Below, piece after piece: positions 1 through 11,013 of a stretch of DNA of 64,000 bases (position 1 is the first letter of the stretch; the number at the start of each line of letters is the position of its first letter). The stretch is from Octopus vulgaris (lineage: Eukaryota), in the NCBI GenBank assembly GCA_951406725.2, contig OX597819.1:81964001-82028000 (forward strand), in the 5' to 3' direction. Below the pieces are notes generated by a model that searched no databases, was not told where the DNA came from, and saw nothing but the letters and a program-made list of their open reading frames with translations. Position numbers and translations under genes: made by a program.

Positions 1-38
<38 letters not shown>

Positions 39-242
39 TTATCATATATATATATATATATATATTTATCATATATATATATATATATTTATCATATACA
101 TATATATATATATATATTATCATATATATATATATAAATATATATATATTATCATATATATATATAAATATATATATATTATCATATATATATAAATATA
201 TATATATTATCATATATATATATATAAATATATATATATTAT

Positions 243-270
<28 letters not shown>
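1..270. repeat. Compound (TA)n microsatellite with a ~20-30 bp higher-order unit
   Basis: TA run regularly interrupted by TTTATCA/TTATCA and TAAA; 121-240 repeats roughly ATCATATATATATATAAATATATATATATT. Confidence 0.95.
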
Positions 271-273
<3 letters not shown>

Positions 274-476
274 ATAATAATATTAGGGAGTAAATCCAAA
301 CTTACAGGGAAAAATTAGATTTAGGATTAAATCCAATTTTATAGTATAAATATATTATATTAACTTAGAGATAAAACCACTATTAGGCAAATCAATCAGT
401 GAAAAATCATAAGCCAATACATAGAAATAAAATTAATTTAAAAAATATAAAAGTTAAAATTTAAAAATTATTTGTC

Positions 477-695
477 CGGTTCGCAGAACATCTCCGAGAC
501 ATCCGACTCGGCAACGACACCCCTATCTCGCGCCATTTCCGCTCAACCGGTCACTCTTTACAACACCTGTCTGTGTTCGGATTGTTCTTGTACAGGGGCC
601 ATCAGGACTCCCGTCTTCGCCGTGAGCAGGGATTAATCTTCTCTCTTCGCTCCTTGGCGCCACATGAACTCAACTCTCCTTCCCTCTTCATCTAA
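477..695 (+). pseudogene. C-terminal fragment of a PLE GIY-YIG endonuclease
   Basis: Manual translation: RFAEHLRDIRLGNDTPISRHFRSTGHSLQHLSVFGLFLYRGHQDSRLRREQGLIFSLRSLAPHELNSPSLFI*. This fits the PLE pattern R..EH...I....P..RHF...H......R...EQ..I..L....P.GLN. Absent from the ORF track because it lacks a start codon. Confidence 0.85.
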
Positions 696-1221
696 CCCTC
701 CTCCTCTCTCCTCTCTTCCTCTCACACCTACTTCCTCCCACCTACCTCCTCTCTCTTGCTCTGGCACTCACATCCTGTCTTCACTCCTACCCACCTTCTC
801 CCATCCACCCTCTCCCTTCATCGTCACTCCAACCCCTACACATTCCAACCACACTATCCCTATACATACCATCCCATCCCCATCCCTAAGACCCGACCCT
901 TGCTTCCCCCACTCTCGCCTCCCCAACACCCCAACACCACAAACCACCATACCACACCACATTACACCACACCAGTGCACATACTAGCACTGACCATTTC
1001 CCATCACCTACACCATCATCCACATACCTACACATGCACACACGCACACGTCAACGTCACCAACCCCCATCCACGCGCATATACACGCTGTCACATCCAC
1101 ACGCACGCGAACCTTTGCTTTGGGATAACCACTGCTTTATTATCTCCCCTTCTTCCTAGCTATAATAGATCATTAGCCAGTAAACCTTTTTCTATTTTCT
1201 TTCCCTGTTTATTTCTGCATT

Positions 1222-1259
1222 CCTTTCTGTCGAAGAGCGTAGGCTCGAAACGTAGAAGA
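1222..1259 (+). ncRNA. Variant minimal type I hammerhead ribozyme motif
   Basis: CTTT-CTGTCGA-A-GAGC(GTAG)GCTC-GAAA-CGTA-GAAG: stem I CTTT/GAAG, CUGUCGA core plus an extra A, 4-bp stem II, palindromic ACGT stem III. Confidence 0.6.
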
Positions 1260-1346
1260 CTTTCTCACTTCCCGAGCGTTAAACTAATACATCTGTTTGT
1301 TGTTTATACACGCGTCTTCGTCTTTTGTCTTTCTTTGTAAATTCTC

Positions 1347-1349
<3 letters not shown>

Positions 1350-1415
<66 letters not shown>
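1350..1415. repeat. (TA)n microsatellite between two tail-to-tail PLE 3' ends
   Basis: Pure TA run. Confidence 0.97.
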
Positions 1416-1418
<3 letters not shown>

Positions 1419-1600
1419 ATCCAAACAAGAAAACACAGAAAAAAAGAGAAAAAAACACAGCAACGCGAGGACGTGGAATAATTAAAGTATTATTGACGCT
1501 CAGGAAAGAAGGGAAGGAGGGTTTAACGTTTCGAGCGGAGCTCTTCGTCGGAAACAAGGAGAAGGAAAGATCCCAAGAAGGGAAGACAGAGGAAAAAATA
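1416..1600 (-). mobile_element. PLE-type 3' end fragment (second subfamily), minus strand
   Basis: Reverse complement shows a pyrimidine tract, a hammerhead motif, the shared TTCCTGAGCGTCAATAATAC motif and a T-rich tail running into (TA)n. Confidence 0.65.
1521..1555 (-). ncRNA. Variant minimal type I hammerhead ribozyme motif
   Basis: Reverse complement GTTT-CCGACGA-A-GAGC(TCC)GCTC-GAAA-CGTT-AAAC: perfect stem I GTTT/AAAC, stem II GAGC/GCTC, palindromic AACGTT. Confidence 0.65.
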
Positions 1601-1967
1601 TTTTTGCTGGTGGTGCTCAAGAGATCACATGTTGGTAATATAATATGTGATAATTATTCGGAGTTTTATTATGGCAACCGAATAATTGTCGCATATTATA
1701 TTACAAATAAATTCCTCTATTTACATAATATCGTGGTCTCTTACATTCTTTTGTTATCTTAACATTACTATCAACACTCACACACAGACACACACACACA
1801 AACACACATATATGGTGTATAAATACAGTGCGATATAAATCACAAGAAAACAAATATGTGAATTAATGTAGACTTACCTTGTATTCAATATTTCAAGTTT
1901 ATGACCCCATATATATATATATATTTATATATGCATATGTATATGTATATATATGTATATGCATATG

Positions 1968-2025
<58 letters not shown>

Positions 2026-2868
2026 TGCATGTTTATTAATATTTAGCAGGAGCAGCAAAGTGACTCAATGGTCAAGAATTTCGTGTGTTGGCATTTATCA
2101 AACTAGTTACAGGTCGAAGAGCTGTAAATTTATAAAGCTGGTTAAAAATTACATTTGCCTGGATTTACTACCACATGGAAACTAACACACAAGTTAGACA
2201 AGTATTTCTGTTGTATTTTCATTTCTTCATTGATGATATTTCAAGAAAACATGATTTCGTTTTGTTTTCTTGCCATTTCTTTTATTTTTGCTACTCTTTT
2301 ATTAATTCTAAACACGATCGCGTATGTTTGTTCTTATGCATACATGTATAGGTGTATTCTTTATGTAAGTATACTCTTTTCTGCGTGCATGCGTATATTT
2401 TATATGTGCGTATCTGTGTGTATGTGTTTGTGCATGTATGCCGATATTTATATGGTCACTGGCTAATATGCACGCAGATGCAGGCTCGCATTCACGCACT
2501 CGCACAGTACACCTATAACTAAATATGTACACTAAGAGCTAAATTATTTCACTCGATGGAACATTTTTGTTCAGAACAAGTTTTCATGTGCCACACTACC
2601 TCGATAACCTGTCAATGATAAACTACATCTTATACTACCAATAAATGCATGCACTCATTCCCTATTTAGACAGAGACAAAGTTTGCTTTTCCAACACTAA
2701 ACAACACGCACACACACACACGCACACATACACAAGAAACAATATAAACATATTTAAACAATATTTCATCTCATTTTCTTTCGAAATTTCGAAAACCTTT
2801 TATATCTGTATATCAATAAAGAAATGATTCACACATTACTTTGGACCACTTTTACTATTGATCACAGC

Positions 2869-2915
<47 letters not shown>

Positions 2916-4019
2916 CGTGTGTGTATGTGTGTATATATGTGTGTATATATGTATATGTATACATACATATATATACATGTTTGCCTATATGTATATATCA
3001 CTCTTGATGACTGTACAATACTATTCGTTGAGGAGATCAAATAACACCAAAACATACGCGCTGCTTTCATCAATGAACTTAAAGGTCAACTGCTTTTTCC
3101 ATATGTTCTAAAACTTCAATCGATTTTATTGGAGTTATTTCTCCTCTTAGTTGGTTTTAAGATTTACACACATAGAGAGAGAAAGACTTTAATCAATCAA
3201 TTGCAGGAATAACTACTGTTAATCGTAGCTTTTCAAATTCTTATATTACATAAGAGCAAACCGTATTTGTGTTTATTTAGCAGAACGCTTCTCAAAGATA
3301 TTTTAACTCTCCCATGTTATTGATATTTGTAATCAACATCCATTACCTTTCCTGTACTTCTGTTTATACTGATAATCTCTGGCCAAATGTGTAGAATATG
3401 CTAAGATGAGGAGATGCAACAAACAAAATTGCTTATTGCTTTTGCTTGTTAGTTGGTTTCGATATCAGGTCCCTTCCAATACTGCGTTTTCTGTTTCAGA
3501 CATTCAGTATATGGTTTTATTGAGTTATATAAATTGCCTGTTATTCAAGATTTTAAAATTTCTTGGGGAAGTTTTTGATTATTAGTTGGAGGCTTTCGAC
3601 AAGATGTATTATACTTGTTGCTGACAAAGCGCAGGGAGGCAAAAAAGCATATTTAGCACGCCGCCAACATTGCTGGACGATTTTCTTATGCTACTGAGAT
3701 ATTTTTGTGTCTTCTTAACTCTGAACGAATATTGCAGTTGATTAGGCTTTCTCTGATGTATCTGCTTTAAATATGATACACAGATTGTCATTTTAAACAA
3801 ATACCGCTTTGTCGCATATAACGCGCACGTACACATAGAGACACACACACAGACGAACATACATGCACGCACGCACGAAGACACACACACACACGCCATG
3901 ATATTTGCATTTATTTTGCTCAACGTTATTCCTTTTCCCATATTTTACAATGAAAGAATGTAACGAGATATATTTTGTTTACAATTTAATCATATTTTGT
4001 GTTGTTGATTCATATCTCT

Positions 4020-4160
4020 TATCTCTTAATTGTTTCAGTCATTGCCATGCCGGGGCACCTCCTTGAAGAATTTTAGCCGAACGAATCGAACCCAGTACTT
4101 ACATTTTAAAGTGTGGCTCTTATATAATCAGCTTCTTTTGTTGAAGCCTTACGTAACGAG
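4020..4160 (-). mobile_element. SINE family A 3' fragment (degenerate)
   Basis: TTGTTTCAGTCATT...GCCATGCCGGGGCACC matches the tail of the copy at 10585-11013. Confidence 0.6.
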
Positions 4161-4265
4161 AACTTTGGTAGCATGTATCTTGCTTTTACTTACTGTATTA
4201 AGTTTTCATGAACCTCTTCCTCACTTGTTCCAGCAGAACATTTCAGTGACAATTAGAGAATGTGT

Positions 4266-4267
<2 letters not shown>

Positions 4268-4349
<82 letters not shown>
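4268..4349. repeat. (GT)n(GA)n compound microsatellite
   Basis: Direct observation. Confidence 0.95.
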
Positions 4350-4351
<2 letters not shown>

Positions 4352-4439
4352 TGTACCCCCTCTTGGCTGACAGTATTTTTTCTGCTGAGCAAACTAGAAA
4401 AAAGTCATGAAAAGGAGGATGATACGAGCTACGAGAAAT

Positions 4440-4568
4440 TGAACTCACTTAGTGGTTTGGACAAAGAAACGGATAAAATAAGTCCTGGGATCGATTTGTT
4501 CGAATAAAAAAGGCGGTGCTCCACCATGGCCCCAGTCGAATGACTGAAACAAGTAAAAGAATAAAAGA

Positions 4569-4570
<2 letters not shown>
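4440..4570 (+). mobile_element. SINE family A 3' fragment
   Basis: AATAAGTCCTGGGATCGATTTG...GGCGGTGCTCCACCATGGCC...TGACTGAAACAAGTAAAAGAATAAAAGAAT. Confidence 0.8.
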
Positions 4571-4607
<37 letters not shown>

Positions 4608-4614
4608 GAAATAG

Positions 4615-4654
<40 letters not shown>

Positions 4655-4885
4655 TCATATATATATACATTCATATATATATATATATATATACATTCAT
4701 AAGTCATTCATATATATATATATACATTCATATACATATATATATACATTCATATATATATATACATTCATATATATATATATATATACATATATACATT
4801 CATATATATATATATATATATACATATATACATTCATATATATATATATACATATATACATTCATATATATATACGTTTATATAT
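4571..4885. repeat. (TA)n-derived minisatellite with CATTCA interruptions
   Basis: Repeated CATTCATATATATA(TA)n units. Confidence 0.9.
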
Positions 4886-5583
4886 AGTATTATATAAGCA
4901 TTGTGGGACATTGTTAGCTATATATTATACTCTCGTGACAATAAGGCCTGTCATTTGTTTTCTAGTGACAATAAGATAGATAATTCGCTGTTAGGAAGTG
5001 TCAGTTTATTTTGCAGTTTTGTTCAAGTTGAAACTTTGTTGAGTGTCAATATTTGAATGAGATTCAGTTTACTCAAGATAATATAGCTGGAAGTAATTAA
5101 AGCTGCTCAGCATAGCAGATTTGGCATCATAACCTCGCTCCTATTTCATACAGAAATCAATAATGACAAAAGTGCCTATCACAATCATTTAATATACTGC
5201 TGCTCTTACATGAAAATCTCTTTAATATTCAGTCGCTAGATGGCTTCCTGTCTATACTAACTCCATTGAATACAACAAGATTTGTTACTTATTCTGTATG
5301 TTTCGTTTATTTTTGTTTGTAATTTAGCAATCAATGACCTCTTTTTAACTACGCCATTTGTTTCACTATTTTAGCTGTTTCGCATTCTTCTTACCTATGG
5401 CTGATGCTGGCTATTTTATCTACAATAACGGCGTAAATATAAAAATTAACATTAAATATAAAAATCAAACTAAAATTTACGATGAAATTGCTCGTCTTTT
5501 TCTGCTTGAGTCTACATCCATCTTCTTTAATGATTTTCAGTTTTTTTTTTCATTTAGCAAGCGTCAGTGATTTTTAATCAAAA

Positions 5584-5584
<1 letters not shown>

Positions 5585-5614
<30 letters not shown>

Positions 5615-5815
5615 CTTCTTCTTCTTCTTCTTCTTCTTCTTCTTCTTCTTCTTCTTCTTCTTCTTTTTCTTTTTCTTCTTCTTCTTCTTCTTTTTCTTTT
5701 TCTTTTTCTTCTTCTTTTTCTTCTTCTTTTTCTTTTTCTTCGCCGTTGTCGTCGTCGTCGTCATCATCATTATTATCATCATCATCATCATCGTCATCAA
5801 CAACATTATCAGCAT
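5585..5815. repeat. (CTT)n grading into (CGT)n and (CAT)n
   Basis: Direct observation; explains the poly-L and poly-K ORFs. Confidence 0.95.
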
Positions 5816-6409
5816 CAGTTAATAACTTGACTTTTCAATATTTTACTAACTTTATCCATTATTTCTGAAGGTAAATAACCATGCTTCTGGAAAATGATCT
5901 AGTTTTTCTCCAAAATATATGTGGGAAAGCGATATTGCAAAATTGCTCAATTAAGCAAGATGACAACTTAAAGTCAACAATTAAAAACTACATTTAGAAC
6001 TATCTCCTTCACTTTTTAAGAGAGGCATTATGTATGCACTTCACTGATTCTTTCAATTTTCTATCTTAGGAATTCAAATTTCTTCATTAAAAATTTCAAT
6101 TTTCTTTTGAAATAACTGCAGCAAAATATTCTTACTAAGATCATGTATTGAGTTATATATTCATGAGATGTAGAAACCAATGCCGAGAAGAGATTTCAGA
6201 ATCTCATTAAATGTATTTAAATTTGAAATGTTTTGGAAATTAGACTTTTCAGTAATAATGGTATATTTTTAGAAAGAATCCCACCAGTAGAATCAATGCA
6301 TTAAGTACCAGTTTTGTACTGGAGACTAATTAAGCGATGCTACGCCTTTAATATCAATATAATGCTTTGAAGTTAGGTGAAAAATCAAGTTAAATCTTAG
6401 TTTAAAATG

Positions 6410-6607
6410 TGCTCCTTCTTTCTGTGTTTCTTCTCTGTGTATCTTTCTGTTGAAAAGCGTAGGCTCGAAACGTTAAAGACTTGTTTTATTTATATTTCCT
6501 GAGGGCCATACTAATACAATTGTTTGTTTGTATTCCACCTGCCTTCGTCTTTTGTTTATTTCCGTAAACCTGCCTTCGTCTTTTGTCTATTTTCATAAAG
6601 CTTCCCG

Positions 6608-6608
<1 letters not shown>
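6410..6608 (+). mobile_element. PLE-type 3' end fragment homologous to 1185-1349
   Basis: Shares TTTCTGT.GAA.AGCGTAGGCTCGAAACGT..AAGACTT, TTCC.GAG.G...ACTAATACA and CTTCGTCTTTTGT with the first copy. Has a 31-bp tandem duplication near its end and terminates at (TA)n 6609-6647. Confidence 0.8.
6442..6479 (+). ncRNA. Variant minimal hammerhead motif (stem II mismatch)
   Basis: TCTTT-CTGTTGA-A-AAGC(GTAG)GCTC-GAAA-CGTT-AAAGA; perfect 5-bp stem I. Confidence 0.55.
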
Positions 6609-6653
<45 letters not shown>

Positions 6654-7141
6654 CCGGGAAGACGAAACCGCAGATAAAACTCAGATACCTGACTGAAGCT
6701 ATTTCATTCGTGGCTCATACTGCTAATATCCTTTAGCAAAGTCATGAATGTCACGTTTCATATTAATCCTCTCCATAAAACATAAAATATTTATACCTAC
6801 ATAAAAATGGAGTAGGAATCATTTTGTCAAGAGTTGTTGGGCAAGAAGTAAGTTTCTAGAGACTAAATCAGCGAATCAGTTTTAATTCACGGCTGAAGTG
6901 ATTTCATTTATATCACTAATCATATTTTATTTCTATTCTCTGGAAATCTGCAGATTTAAGTTATGTATAGTGAAAGAGAAATCAATATTTAGGTATGCTG
7001 TGAATGTTTTGAAGCATAAACTCCACACATTCTCATTCCTCTTCACTATATATTTGTGACATCGTGCCAAGAAACATTAATCAGCCACCCTGGTCAGTTC
7101 TAGTCTCACTAAACTGCTTTATATTTTAGTAATATTAATGA

Positions 7142-7346
7142 CTAGCAGTATAACCCGGCTTTGCCCAGGACTAAGTTAGGATTATTAAGCTAATCAAGTT
7201 CTCTATTTCAAACCAAACTAAGTAACATCGACGTCAAATTTGGGCGAAATCCGTTGAAATTGGTTTATATATGTATACGGGAAACACACATATACACAAA
7301 CGTACGTACGTACACCTATTGCATACATGTTTTTTGTACCCATATA

Positions 7347-7397
<51 letters not shown>

Positions 7398-7764
7398 TGT
7401 GTGTGTGTGTCTATGTGTGTGTGTATGTATGTGTTTTGCCCGTATATCAACAAAACTCTTTTTTCTTCGATAGAAAGAAAACAAAAGTCAACAAAAACTT
7501 GCTCATCGCTAGAATGGGACTTAACTCCTGGAAGCAAACTGGTGATTTCTCCGGCTTGAAAATTGTTAAAAGTTTTGGTTGAAAATTTATTTTTACTGCT
7601 ATTCGATGGTGCCTCTGGTAAAAATAAGTTGACGAAAATACAGCTATGGACCTGACGAATGTCCTCCTAAACTTGGAACGACATGCGTGCTAATTTGTGG
7701 ACATGCATAAATTACATTCACGTACACACACAAACACACACATCCTGCCTTTTGTATATACAGA
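7142..7764 (-). mobile_element. Non-autonomous Helitron (~620 bp)
   Basis: Minus strand starts A|TC(TGTATATACAAAAGGC) and ends with a GC-rich hairpin CCTGGGCAAAGCCGGG about 8 nt before CTAG|T. AT target, no TSD, internal (GT)n. Confidence 0.8.
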
Positions 7765-8208
7765 TATGCATTTTTTAGCATCATATGTTAATAATTGAAT
7801 TTTATACTAAATAATAATATGGGAATAATATTAAGAATCTGTACCTGTTTTGTATATTTTCACTTGTTAAATATAGGATTGCATTCCTAAATCGAGTATT
7901 TCTCTTTACTTTTACATTGTTAACTAAATCTAGCGCTGACTGCTTTTTTTTTGTTTTGTTCATTCGAAAGAGTAATGTTCTTTTCATGTTCTACAACGTC
8001 CAATTCATCAGATAAAAACTGATTATTTGGAAATTATTTCTGAACAAATGAGATGGCAGTAGGACAGAAATAGGTTGGTTGATAGAAATATTCCTAAAAT
8101 GTAAAAATACAACAAAAAAATTACAATGAACAAAAAACAATTGATATATTCTGAATAGGGAGAATGACTGCGTTAATTTTGTATTTAAAGATAGTGTGTG
8201 GTTAAATA

Positions 8209-8273
<65 letters not shown>

Positions 8274-8720
8274 GTAAAGAATTCAGATATATATTTTAGG
8301 CACAGAGGCTTAATGAGGAAATATTGATTTCATAAGAAATAAACAGAATTCGTCAAAGTTTTTAAAGTGTATCCAACTCCACCTATTTCACTTCATCATT
8401 GTTGTAAGGTATTCGGGCAAAGAAGCGTGAAACAATTTTAAATATTTAGTTATGAATTCTATTTTCATATCTAGACTGTAAAGTCATTTTCAGATTGTCA
8501 TGAACGTGTTTTGATAGTGATTTCTCTCTGTTAATGAAAATGCTTCTTGGTAGAAGCTGTATTGATTTCGGTCGGCCTTAGTATAATGATACTAGATATG
8601 CTCGTTTCAAACGTTAGAAATAGGAGCTAAACTTCAAGCTCAAATTACGCTTTACAGTCAAACATAAAAATAAGGGAAATATGGGAAATATGGGATAATT
8701 CAATATGTTAAAACAAAGAA

Positions 8721-9123
8721 GGTGGCGAGCTGGCAGAAACGTTAGTACGCCGGGCGAAATGCGTAGTCGCATTTCGCCTGCCGTTACGTTCTGAGTTCAA
8801 ATTTCGCCGAGGTCGACTTGGCCTTTCATCCTTTCGGGGTCGATAAATTAAGTACCAGTTACGCACTTGGGTCGATATAATTGACTTAATCCGTCTATTT
8901 GTCCTTGTTTGCCCCCTCTGTGTTTAGCCCCTTGTGGGTAGCAAAGAAATGGGTATTTCGTCTGTCTTAACGTTCTGAGTTCAAATTCCGCCGAGGTCGA
9001 CTGTGCCTTTCACCCTTGCGGGGTCGATAAATTAAGTACCAGTTGTGTACTGGGGTTGATTTAATCGAGTGGCTCCCCATCCTTTAAAATGTTGGGCCTT
9101 GTGCCTAGAATAAAAAAGAATAT
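8721..9123 (+). mobile_element. Dimeric tRNA-derived SINE family B (Nin/Deu-like central domain)
   Basis: A-box-like TGGCAGAAACG and B-box GAGTTCAAAT. The block TTACGTTCTGAGTTCAAATT..GCCGAGGTCGACT.GCCTTTCA.CCTT.CGGGGTCGATAAATTAAGTACCAGTT occurs twice. Confidence 0.85.
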
Positions 9124-9138
9124 AAAAAGGAGCATTAG

Positions 9139-9211
9139 GAGTGATTTAGCTCAATAGTAGAGAGCACTGCGGGTATTTGAGAGGTGCAGAGTTCAATACT
9201 ATGAAGCACCT
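9139..9211 (+). pseudogene. Degenerate tRNA-like sequence (tRNA pseudogene or SINE head)
   Basis: TAGCTCAATAGTAGAG A-box/D-arm, GAGTTCAATAC B-box, ~73 nt, imperfect acceptor GTGATT/AAGCAC; anticodon stem not intact. Confidence 0.4.
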
Positions 9212-10329
9212 GCTATCTACTTTTGTCCCTCTATAGAAGTATTTTTACCCGACTTTCTAGATGATTTCATAGTTATTCTCCTGTGTTCCAGATTATCTTA
9301 ATTTCTAAAAAATATCAACACGCTCGACTCTTCTATGTTTGTTTGTATTCATATATATTCATATATGTGCGTTCGTAAGTATTAAACTGAACCGGGGTGA
9401 ATGAAATACAAAGTTGTCTCCAGTGTGATGGAACTCAGAACGTAAAGGGGGTGGGGGAAACTAAATTTTGCAATATATTTATATTTAATCCGGCGTTCTA
9501 CTGTTTAAGAGTTGCCAATTTCGTCCAAAGTATATATATATATGTGCATGTGTGTGTGTGTGTGTGTGTGTTCGTATGTGTATTGATTTCTTGTTTAGGT
9601 ACATATTCTTCTGTGAAAGGAGCCATATTTAATTTGACACTAATATATTACTAATACATTTTACCGGTCTAATGTGCATAAAATACAAAGTAGGTAGAAC
9701 ATGGAAAACACTAAACCAGAGACAGCATATAGATCCTCGAGTAGTATTAGCTTCCTGTGTATATCACACATGCTTATATTTATGAGACTTGGCAATTGCA
9801 ATTTGCACATAATCATAATTGGCAGTTTATGAAACTTACATTTCATTCACTGTCAAAATGTCTTAGAAGAATTAAAGTTAAAATTACTCTAATTTTTGGG
9901 ACTACTTTCTTCATCTTTGGAGATAAAAAATGTATTAATATTTACATCTACACTGATGTGCCAACTGTTATGTTCTCCGACCGACATCAAGTACCTCGAT
10001 TTTGGAAGTGTACATGGTACTGGGATGGATGCGAAATGGAAACATTCTTTTCAAAACTAATAGTTGTAGCGCTCTTATCCGCTAGACTAGTGCATATATA
10101 TGATAATTTGCATAGAACTTTCTCGATAGAAACTTATGGCTAAAATATGAAAGTGTCAAGTGGGCGCCTAACAAAATTACAATAAACTTCACTTGTAATG
10201 CACTGCTATTTGGGTTTCCCATCCATGTTTATATCCACATGCGCATGCACTTTTCTGTGTGCGCGCACGCGTGTGTGCGTGTGCGTGCGTGCTTGTGTGT
10301 GTGCATAAAAGGGTAGTCTCTTAAACCCG

Positions 10330-10551
10330 AGAAAGATGGGTCTGCAATTTCTTGCGGATCAGCCTGTGCAGACGATTTTATAGCGATCACATGTTTGCGC
10401 TGCACATATTCCTACTCCCTCTATAAATCGACATTGCTTGGACAGGTACATTACACGTCGAATTTCGAAGTGATTGCTGAACAACAACGGAACCAAGCTA
10501 ATGCCTTCGTGATCGTGAATGCAACGCCCAAACCACTAGGCCACGGCACCC
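10330..10551 (-). mobile_element. tRNA-headed SINE (family C), degenerate
   Basis: Reverse complement begins GGGTGCCGTGGCCTAGTGGTTTGGGCGTTGCATTCACGATCACGAAG (tRNA-like A box and anticodon arm). Confidence 0.5.
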
Positions 10552-10584
10552 TCACATATATGTATGTATGTATGTATGTATGTA

Positions 10585-10788
10585 TACTCTTTACTCGTTT
10601 ACTTGTTTCAGTCATTTGACTATGGCCATGCTGGAGCACCGCCTTTAGTCGAGCAAATCTTATTCTTTGTAAGCCTAGTACTTATTCTATCGGTTCGGTC
10701 TTGTTTGCCGAACCGCTAAGTTACGGGGACGTAAACACACCACCATCGGTCGTCAAACGATGTTGGGGGGACAAACACAGACACATAA

Positions 10789-10843
<55 letters not shown>

Positions 10844-11013
10844 CATATATACGACGGGCTTCTTTCAGTTTCCGTCTATCAAATCCACTCACAAGGCTTT
10901 GGTCAGCCCGAGGTTATAGTAGAAGATACTTGCCCAATGTGCCACGCAGTGGGACTGAACCCGGAACCATGTGGTTGGGAAGCAAGCTACTTACTACACA
11001 GCCACTCCTACGC
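10585..11013 (-). mobile_element. Full-length SINE family A (tRNA head, CORE-like domain, internal TA/TG microsatellite, AAGAGTA tail)
   Basis: Reverse complement GGCGTAGGAGTGGCTGTGTAGTAAG...GGTTCAGTCCC...TTGGGCAAGTATCTT...GAAGCCCGTCG-(TA)(TG)n-...GGCGGTGCTCCAGCATGGCC...GAAACAAGTAAACGAGTAAAGAGTA; many homologous copies in the window. Confidence 0.9.

Larger units (their letters stand above)
477..1349 (+). mobile_element. 5'-truncated Penelope-like retroelement (GIY-YIG C-terminus, C/A-rich 3' region, hammerhead motif)
   Basis: 477-695 encodes a PLE-type endonuclease C-terminus. It is followed by a pyrimidine/CA-rich stretch and a 3' end homologous to 6410-6608, terminating at (TA)n. Confidence 0.8.

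Noticed and set aside
664-1340. Pro/His/Thr-rich ORFs of 107 and 194 aa
   Set aside because: Low-complexity C/A-rich PLE 3' region lacking stops by composition; the real coding remnant is 477-695.
23-4979. Many ORFs rich in YI, CV, HT or ER dipeptides
   Set aside because: Translations of TA, GT, CA and GA microsatellites; no protein signal.
5564-5830. Poly-Lys and poly-Leu/His ORFs
   Set aside because: Translation of the (CTT)n/(CAT)n tract.
9139-9211. Functional tRNA gene
   Set aside because: Acceptor and anticodon stems do not pair properly; kept only as a tRNA-like relic.
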